From an uncultured Bacteroidota bacterium (lineage in GTDB: Bacteria; Bacteroidota; Bacteroidia; Bacteroidales; M50B96), in the NCBI GenBank assembly GCA_937954085.1, contig CALGAK010000088.1, positions 2,448 to 66,447 on the forward strand: a stretch of DNA of 64,000 bases, given 5' to 3'. The position numbers and the translations under genes were made by a program. The notes under the pieces are model-generated. The model was not told the origin of the DNA, made no database searches, and saw nothing but the letters and a program-made list of their open reading frames with translations. Shown one piece after another: positions 57,335-64,000 of this stretch; within the stretch, counting starts at the first letter, position 1, and each line of letters opens with the position of its first letter.

Positions 57335-57736
57335 TTAGAGTCGTTGCATTGCGCGCCGTAGTTTACCTCTCACTTCGTTTGCAAAGCACTCGAGGCGGTC
57401 GTTTTCGATGATTTGAGAAAACATTTGTGCGTTTACCGCGGCCACTTCGGTTCCTTCCGGTTGTTCAATCACAACTACATTGCAGGGCATCATAATGCCC
57501 AATTTATCTTCGATTTCGAGCGCATCTTTTGCCATGTGGGGGTTACAAACACCTAGTATGGTGTATTTTTTCCCAAAATCGACATCAATTTTCTCTTTTA
57601 AAGTGTCTTTTACATCGATTTCGTACATGAGGCCGAAACCTTCATCTTTTAAAAAATCCAGGATAAGCTCTTTGCTTTCATCGAAACCGTAGGGTACGAA
57701 GCGGGAAAAAAAATAACTCAGCTTTTGATCGGTCAT
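57335..57736 (-). CDS. DUF302-domain protein
   Basis: 133 aa. Length and conserved blocks (ILGVCNP..A, MPCNVVV) fit DUF302. Confidence 0.7.
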   Translation of the reverse strand: MTDQKLSYFFSRFVPYGFDESKELILDFLKDEGFGLMYEIDVKDTLKEKIDVDFGKKYTILGVCNPHMAKDALEIEDKLGIMMPCNVVVIEQPEGTEVAAVNAQMFSQIIENDRLECFANEVRGKLRRAMQRL

Positions 57737-58085
57737 TATATTAAGGTATTTAAAGTGATACGATGAGTGGTTGACTTATGAATCAAGTTACCATTCAAAC
57801 CAACCAAACTTTAAAAAGTTGTGTTGCGAATTTCATCGCTTCAAAGATAGTTAAGAATGTTTTTTAGCCGATTAAGAAGCGACGGTTTGATTAGTCTCGA
57901 AGTTCTGTTTAAATATTAACATTATGTGAAATTCATTTTAGAACTTAAACATATTTGGGGTCGATTTTGAGGTTAAATTTTGCTTATTTTTTAAAATTTA
58001 TGCTCTATAACATCTTGAGGGACAAATTATTGATTTTTTAGGTTAAAAAATGATTAGCGAAATCGGAAGGAGCCTGTTAAAAAAC

Positions 58086-58115
58086 TTGCTGGGTTTAACA
58101 ATAATTATAAATTTG
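58086..58115 (+). promoter_or_regulatory. Candidate Bacteroidota promoter (-33 TTG, -7 TAAATTTG) for the third giant gene
   Basis: TTG at 58086-58088, a 19-nt spacer, then TAAATTTG at 58108-58115, 47 nt before the ATG at 58163. Confidence 0.4.
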
Positions 58116-58162
58116 GTCTTCCAAATTGCCTAGAGAATTATTGTTAACTAAATTAAATAATT

Positions 58163-61100
58163 ATGAGGAAAATTATTACGTTCTATTTTGTTCTGCTAGT
58201 AGGTTTACTTGCCGGTCAGAACTACGCCTTAGCGCAGACCTATTGCGCTTCGAACGCTACGAGCACGGGCGATACTGAAATCGATGCGGTGACATTGGTG
58301 GGTGAGAGTGTGACCATCAGCACCAACACTACAAGTCAGTGTGCCACATACACCGATTTCACGGCTCAAACTCCGGCGGATTTGTTCCCCGGAGAAACCT
58401 ACGACTTGGTTGTAACTTTAGGAACTTGTGGCGGTACTTACTCCAAGGCAGCGAAAGCTTTCATTGATTGGAATGCTGATTACGATTTCGATGATGCTGG
58501 CGAGGAAATTGGGTTCACCGATTATCTGAACTCGACCTTTACCGCAACGATTACTTTTACTGTCCCAGCAACAGCCAACTTAGGCGATACTCGTTTACGG
58601 GTAGTTTGTGAAGAAACTTCTGCTAGTGGTATTACCGCTTGTGGAACTTATTCCTATGGTGAGACTGAAGATTACACCGTAAGCGTAATGTCTTCCTACG
58701 ATTGCGATTTGATGGCCTATGCTTGGGTTTCTCCCAACTTGCTTTCGAACGACTTAACAGCAACAGAACAAGTTTCGGTTACGGTTAAAAACGTAGGTCA
58801 AGTTGCTCAGAGTGGATATACCTTATCTTATTCTATCGATAATGGGGTGAATTTCTCTACCGATCTTATCAGCACGTCGCTTGCTCCCGGAGCAACTTAC
58901 ACGCATACATTCTCTTCCACTGCCGATTTCTCGACAACAGGAATGTACGACTGTGTTTTTGAAGTGGGTTTAAACTGCGATTCTAACCTAACCAATAATA
59001 CCCTTGCTGTGCAAGTGGAGAATTCCGGTTCGGTTTCGACTTTCCCATTCTTCGATAATTTCGATGGCACCTCTACCGATTGGGTTGCCGGTGGAACGAA
59101 TAGTTCTTGGGCTTGGGGTGTCCCTGCTGGTTCTATTATTAATAGTGCCGCTTCTCCAACTAATGCTTGGGTTACTAACTTAACTGGTTTACACAACTCC
59201 AGTGAGTACAGCTGGGTTCAAAGTCCTGTATTCAACTTTACAACTTTAACCGCTCCCATCGTGGAAATGAAAATCTGGTATAATACCGAAACCGGTTTAT
59301 ACGATGGTGGTGCTCTTCAGTACAGTACCGACGGAGGTGCAACCTGGAATCATGTTGGAGCTGCTTTTGGAGTGGTTGCCAACGACCCGAATGCTACTAA
59401 CTGGTACAACGGTACTTCCATTCAAGGATTGAACTATACCAATGGTTGGTACGGAAACTCCAATGGTTGGGTGAATGTAAAATATAACTTGTACGATAAC
59501 ACCGGTCTTTATACAAACCTTGCAGGACAATCGAGCGTTATGTTCCGCGTCTTGTTTGGTTCGGATAGTTCCGGAAACAACAATGGTTTTGCTTTCGACG
59601 ATTTCCTCGTATATCAGGCTCCTGATAACGATGCCGGAATCGTTTCGATTAACAGCTTAACTGCAGTTTGTGCCGGTAGTGTCGACGTTATCGCACAGAT
59701 TAAAAACTTTGGTGCTTTAGCACTTACCTCTGCAACGGTTAACTGGACGGTTAATGGTGTTGCTCAAACTCCGGTTACTTTTACCGGTAACTTAGCTCCC
59801 AATACCCAAACCGACATCACTTTAGGTAGCTATACCTTCCTGTCGGGTACTGTATATGATGTTCAGGCTTATACCACCTTACCAAACGGTGTAGCCGACC
59901 AAATTGCTTTCAACGATACTTCTACTGTTTCAGGCTTCATGACTTCGCTCGATGGTACGTATACCATTGGTGGAACATCCGGCGATTTTGCAACAGTGCT
60001 AGATGCTGTAGATGCACTCAATTTATATGGTGTTTGTGGTCCTACAACCTTCGAAATTGCAGCCGGTACCTATACCGGTCGAGTTGAATTAGGAAACTTG
60101 GTAGGTATTTCTGCTACCAATACGGTTACCTTCACTTCGGCTAGTGGAAATGCTTCCGATGTTGTGGTAAGTTATGGTGCTACCGGAACTGCAGATAATG
60201 CTGTTTGGTATTTTAACGGAGCCAGCTACATTACCGTAGAAAACATTACTATTAAATCAACAACAACGAGCACTTATGGTCGCGTGGTTGTTTTTGAAGG
60301 GGGTGCCAATAATAATACTGTTAGCGATTGTTTGATTGAGTCAGTGCCGGTTACCAGTTCTAATGCTGCTCCGGTTTACAGTACTTCCGGTTCTGCCGAT
60401 AACTTCAATACCATTCAGGACAACCACCTGAAGTATGGTTATTATGGTATTTATTTCTACGCTTCGTCGAGCAACTACGAACAAGGAAATAAGTTTTTGG
60501 GTAACTATATTGAAGAGCCTTATTATTATGGTCTCTACACTTATTATCAAAATGAGTTAGAGGTTAAAGGCAATCATGTTTATCATGCTGGTACAGTTGG
60601 AGGTTCTACTTTTTATCCAATGTATGTAGCCTATTCACCTAGTGTTGAGGTTACCCATAATAAAGTTGAAGATGTTGGAGGAACTACGTCCTACGGTATT
60701 AATATTTATTATTGTAATTCTCCCTCGACCAGTATGGCCTTAGTTGCCAACAACATGGTTTCTGTCTCGAATGCTAGCGGAACGGTTCGTGGTTTTTACT
60801 TGTATTACAGTAATTATGTAAAAGCTTACCACAACTCAGTTAACATTACTTCCGGTGGTACTACTTATGGTATGTATCTCTATGCCGGTACGGCTGCAAC
60901 CAATGCCGGTAATTACTTCTTGGTGAATAACAGCATTGTGAATTCGGCTGGCGGTACAGTTTATTACTGGAACGAAGCGGCTTTCTTGTCGTCTACTAGT
61001 AGTTTTAATAACCTTTACACTACAGGTTCTACTTTTGCTACCATTGTAGCTTCACCGAACGTTACCGTAACCGACCTTACTCAGTGGCAGCTTTATGCTC

Positions 61101-64000
61101 CCAACGATCTGGTAGGTGTTGGAAACCCATACTTAGGTGTTCACGATTTGCATTCGAACAGTCCGCTGCTCAATGCCGCCGCTACTCCTGTTTCGGAAGT
61201 AACCGACGACTACGATGGAGACCCACGTAATGCTACCACTCCCGATATTGGAGCGGATGAGTTTACTCCGATTACTGATGATGCCGGTGTTACCGCTTTT
61301 GTTGGAATCGATGCTACTTGTCCCGGTGTTGCCGATATCGAAGTAACCGTTAACAATTTCGGTATGGATCCATTGGCAACTGTAACCATTAACTGCGAAG
61401 TTAACGGTGTTGCCCTTACTCCTTATGTTCATTCCGATACGATTCCTGTTGGTGGTTCTGAGAACATTGTAATTGGTAACTATACCTTCAATGCGAATAC
61501 ACCTTATGATTTGGTAGCCTGGACTAGCAGTCCGAACGGCGTTGCCGATTTAAATACCAGCAACGATACCTTATTCTATTACGGAATGCAAACCTTCATT
61601 TTTGGTAACTATACGATTGGTGCAACCGGTGATTTCCCAAGCATCGATTCAGCGGTTACTTTTATGGCGAACTATGGTATTTGCGGTCCGGTGGTATTCG
61701 ATATTCAATCGGGAGTTTACGAAGGTCAGATTACCATTCCGAGCATTAACGGAGCTGACTCGATTAACACCATTACCTTCCAGTCAGAAACCGGAAATAA
61801 TAGCGATGTTGTCATTCAATACGCTGCTGCAGGTTCTTCTGATAACTGGGTTTGGAGTTTCAATGGTGCCGATTATGTAACCTTACAAAATGTTACTGTA
61901 ACCAGCACTACGAGCACTACCTACGGTCGGGTTATTGTATTTGAAGGTGGAGCCCATTACAACCGGGTTCTCGGCAGTAAAATTAACTCTATTATAGGAA
62001 GTAGTTCTAATGCATCGGGTGTTTACAGTACTTCTGGTTCGCAGGATAACTTTAATACCATCGCTAACAATGAAATTAATGGTGGTTATTACAACATCTA
62101 CTTCTATGCTTCTAGTTCCAATAATGAAATTGGAAACAAGTTCCTAAACAATAAAGTGTACAATTATTATATGTATGGAACGTATGTTTATTACAACAAT
62201 TTTGTTGAGGTTCATGGAAATACGGTTCTTCAGGATCCTGCTACAACTGCCTCGAACTATCCAATTTACGTTTACTATTGCGATAGCGCTATCCGCGTAA
62301 CCAATAACTACATCTACGACGATAACGGAACCTACTTCTATGGTCTTCGTGTGTATTATTGCGATGCTTCGCCCAACGCTCGTGGTTTAGTTGCCAACAA
62401 CATGGTAGCTGTAGATGGAGTAGCGACTACCAACTATGGTTTGTATGTTTACTATACCATGTTCTTCGATATCTTCCACAACTCGGTACTCTTGAATTCG
62501 GGTAATACGAACTACGGTATTTACTTTGCCGGAACAGCCTCCAATAACCCGGGTAACTTCAAGAATAACAGTGTTGTAGTGACACCAAGTACCACTGGTT
62601 CACGCGCAATTTACTCTACGACTAGTTTCCCATCAACAGCGAATGAGTTCTCGAACAACAACTGGTATTCCAATGGACCAAACTTAGCCTACTGGGGTGG
62701 AACGAACTATGCCAATATAGCTGCATGGTCTGCTTTCTATCCTGGTGATGTAGTTAGCACCGACGGTGGTTATTTTGGCACCGACGATCTCCACTCTAAT
62801 TCGATTTTACTCGATGGAGCCGGATTGCACTTACCTGAAGTTCCCTTCGATTTCGATGGCGACCCACGCGATCCATTCACTCCGGATATTGGAGCCGATG
62901 AATTCTTATTGGTTGATTTAGACATGGAAGTTCTTGCCGTTCACACCTTAGGTGGCTTACCACTAGGTGCCGGCGATGAGCACGTTGTTTCTGCTGTGGT
63001 TCGTAACTTTGGATTGCTTTCGCAAACCAACGTTCCGGTTACTTTAAGCATTACCGGTGCAAATACTTTCACTGCTACCGATACCCTTGCTAGCACAGCT
63101 CCCGGTCAAGTGGATACCTTGTATTTCGATGCCTTCACTGCTACCACCTTAGGTTGGAATACCGTTTCGGTTTCTGTTCCTACCGACGATAATAACACAA
63201 ACAATGAAATGTCCTATGCTCAGGAAGTAAGTGAAAATGTATTTGCTTATGCTGATACCATGGGAGCCGATGGAAACGTAGGTGTTAACGATGCCGACGG
63301 ACATATTTTCTGGAACAAGTATTACATGGCCGAATTAGCCTTAGTGACGAATGTTCGTGTGTACATCAGTGGTGATCCTAACAACGTAGGACAAACAGTT
63401 CATGCCGCGGTGATGAATGCTGCTGGTGTTATTGTAGATTATTCGCAAGCACTTGTGATAGATAACACCCATTTGAATTCATGGGTTACCTTCTTTTTCG
63501 ACGATCCAAGTATCATTAGTTTCTCTAACGAGCATTTCTATGTTGGATTCGTTATGTTGCCTCAAACAGGAGCCAGCTTCATGCCACTCGGATATCAAAC
63601 CGAAGAGGTTCTTCGTAGCGATGCCTATTTTGTATCCGACAACTGGGATGGAAGTGGAATGGTTGCTTCGATGGCTGAACAACGTTTCATGATTGCTGCC
63701 GTAATTGGTGAGCCTGCACCACTCGATGCATCGGCTTCGCAGTTAATTAATCCTGCTGGTGGTTGCGGAACCGGAGTGGAAGACATTGTATTCAGTGTTA
63801 AGAACAATGGTACCGATAGTATTTTCGGATTTACCGTAGGTTACGAAATCGACGGTGTAGCTGGAACTCCTGAAGTTGTTAGTGGTGTGAGTTTAGCACC
63901 TGGCGATATCTACGAGCATACCTTTGCTAATAGCTACGATTTCACTGCTTTGGTTAACGACACCACCTTCGAATTTGCAGGCTGGGTTACCATGGCCGGT
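58163..64000 (+). CDS. Third giant surface protein, 3' partial (at least 1946 aa): signal peptide, GEVED domain, CARDB-like, jelly-roll module, two roughly 550-aa CARDB + parallel-beta-helix modules, further CARDB-like units
   Basis: Not in the ORF track. Hand translation of frame 2 from the ATG at 58163 gives 1946 codons with no stop up to base 64000. Signal MRKIITFYFVLLVGLLAGQNYALAQ; YGETEDYTVSV; FPFFDNFDG...FAFDDFLVY; the DIGADEF motif occurs twice. Confidence 0.85.
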   Translation, partial: MRKIITFYFVLLVGLLAGQNYALAQTYCASNATSTGDTEIDAVTLVGESVTISTNTTSQCATYTDFTAQTPADLFPGETYDLVVTLGTCGGTYSKAAKAFIDWNADYDFDDAGEEIGFTDYLNSTFTATITFTVPATANLGDTRLRVVCEETSASGITACGTYSYGETEDYTVSVMSSYDCDLMAYAWVSPNLLSNDLTATEQVSVTVKNVGQVAQSGYTLSYSIDNGVNFSTDLISTSLAPGATYTHTFSSTADFSTTGMYDCVFEVGLNCDSNLTNNTLAVQVENSGSVSTFPFFDNFDGTSTDWVAGGTNSSWAWGVPAGSIINSAASPTNAWVTNLTGLHNSSEYSWVQSPVFNFTTLTAPIVEMKIWYNTETGLYDGGALQYSTDGGATWNHVGAAFGVVANDPNATNWYNGTSIQGLNYTNGWYGNSNGWVNVKYNLYDNTGLYTNLAGQSSVMFRVLFGSDSSGNNNGFAFDDFLVYQAPDNDAGIVSINSLTAVCAGSVDVIAQIKNFGALALTSATVNWTVNGVAQTPVTFTGNLAPNTQTDITLGSYTFLSGTVYDVQAYTTLPNGVADQIAFNDTSTVSGFMTSLDGTYTIGGTSGDFATVLDAVDALNLYGVCGPTTFEIAAGTYTGRVELGNLVGISATNTVTFTSASGNASDVVVSYGATGTADNAVWYFNGASYITVENITIKSTTTSTYGRVVVFEGGANNNTVSDCLIESVPVTSSNAAPVYSTSGSADNFNTIQDNHLKYGYYGIYFYASSSNYEQGNKFLGNYIEEPYYYGLYTYYQNELEVKGNHVYHAGTVGGSTFYPMYVAYSPSVEVTHNKVEDVGGTTSYGINIYYCNSPSTSMALVANNMVSVSNASGTVRGFYLYYSNYVKAYHNSVNITSGGTTYGMYLYAGTAATNAGNYFLVNNSIVNSAGGTVYYWNEAAFLSSTSSFNNLYTTGSTFATIVASPNVTVTDLTQWQLYAPNDLVGVGNPYLGVHDLHSNSPLLNAAATPVSEVTDDYDGDPRNATTPDIGADEFTPITDDAGVTAFVGIDATCPGVADIEVTVNNFGMDPLATVTINCEVNGVALTPYVHSDTIPVGGSENIVIGNYTFNANTPYDLVAWTSSPNGVADLNTSNDTLFYYGMQTFIFGNYTIGATGDFPSIDSAVTFMANYGICGPVVFDIQSGVYEGQITIPSINGADSINTITFQSETGNNSDVVIQYAAAGSSDNWVWSFNGADYVTLQNVTVTSTTSTTYGRVIVFEGGAHYNRVLGSKINSIIGSSSNASGVYSTSGSQDNFNTIANNEINGGYYNIYFYASSSNNEIGNKFLNNKVYNYYMYGTYVYYNNFVEVHGNTVLQDPATTASNYPIYVYYCDSAIRVTNNYIYDDNGTYFYGLRVYYCDASPNARGLVANNMVAVDGVATTNYGLYVYYTMFFDIFHNSVLLNSGNTNYGIYFAGTASNNPGNFKNNSVVVTPSTTGSRAIYSTTSFPSTANEFSNNNWYSNGPNLAYWGGTNYANIAAWSAFYPGDVVSTDGGYFGTDDLHSNSILLDGAGLHLPEVPFDFDGDPRDPFTPDIGADEFLLVDLDMEVLAVHTLGGLPLGAGDEHVVSAVVRNFGLLSQTNVPVTLSITGANTFTATDTLASTAPGQVDTLYFDAFTATTLGWNTVSVSVPTDDNNTNNEMSYAQEVSENVFAYADTMGADGNVGVNDADGHIFWNKYYMAELALVTNVRVYISGDPNNVGQTVHAAVMNAAGVIVDYSQALVIDNTHLNSWVTFFFDDPSIISFSNEHFYVGFVMLPQTGASFMPLGYQTEEVLRSDAYFVSDNWDGSGMVASMAEQRFMIAAVIGEPAPLDASASQLINPAGGCGTGVEDIVFSVKNNGTDSIFGFTVGYEIDGVAGTPEVVSGVSLAPGDIYEHTFANSYDFTALVNDTTFEFAGWVTMAG
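59624..62905 (+). repeat. Tandem duplication of a roughly 550-aa module (CARDB-like unit plus Tyr/Asn-rich right-handed beta-helix-like region ending DGDPR...PDIGADEF)
   Basis: Equivalent anchors: DNDAG at 59624 versus TDDAG at 61274, and DIGADEF at 61244 versus 62885. Long collinear matches include TYGRVVVFEGGA/TYGRVIVFEGGA, VYSTSGSADNFNTI/VYSTSGSQDNFNTI and LVANNMV in both. Confidence 0.8.

Overview
This 64 kb window looks like a chromosomal segment from a Bacteroidota (Flavobacteriia-like) bacterium. The evidence is gldH, type-A and type-B T9SS C-terminal sorting domains, SprB-type repeats, a three-gene sdhCAB operon with a 223-aa cytochrome b subunit, and TAnnTTTG-type -7 boxes. Ordinary housekeeping genes are present: an mltF-like gene, folC, sdhCAB, two M24B aminopeptidases, metG, an AddA/RecB-like helicase-nuclease, rplS, trmB, holB, a PSP1-domain gene, gldH, tRNA-Val and tRNA-His. 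They are interrupted by very large cell-surface protein genes. Two adjacent genes encode 3030 aa and 5156 aa. A third giant ORF (58163 to the window end, at least 1946 aa) is absent from the supplied ORF track because it never reaches a stop; I translated it by hand and found none. Together with a CotH/lamin-tail protein carrying a type-B CTD and an 875-aa GEVED/CARDB protein, predicted T9SS cargo takes up about 56% of the window. I found no rRNA, CRISPR array, transposase, integrase, phage genes or recognisable multi-gene defence system. The most novel-looking signal is at domain level, not operon level. It is a 125-140 aa module that I cannot assign to any family from memory (W-x-[FY]...H-T-I, GDYIG[VA]F[FY], [AV]-W-[AG]-D-D, K-[DE]-G-F, [VI]-[YFW]-[RQ]-[PA]). 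It occurs five times: three tandem copies plus one isolated copy in the 3030-aa protein, and one copy nested inside a single SprB-type unit of the 5156-aa protein. All family names come from motif recognition by eye. No database search was possible, so the novelty claims are hypotheses to test.
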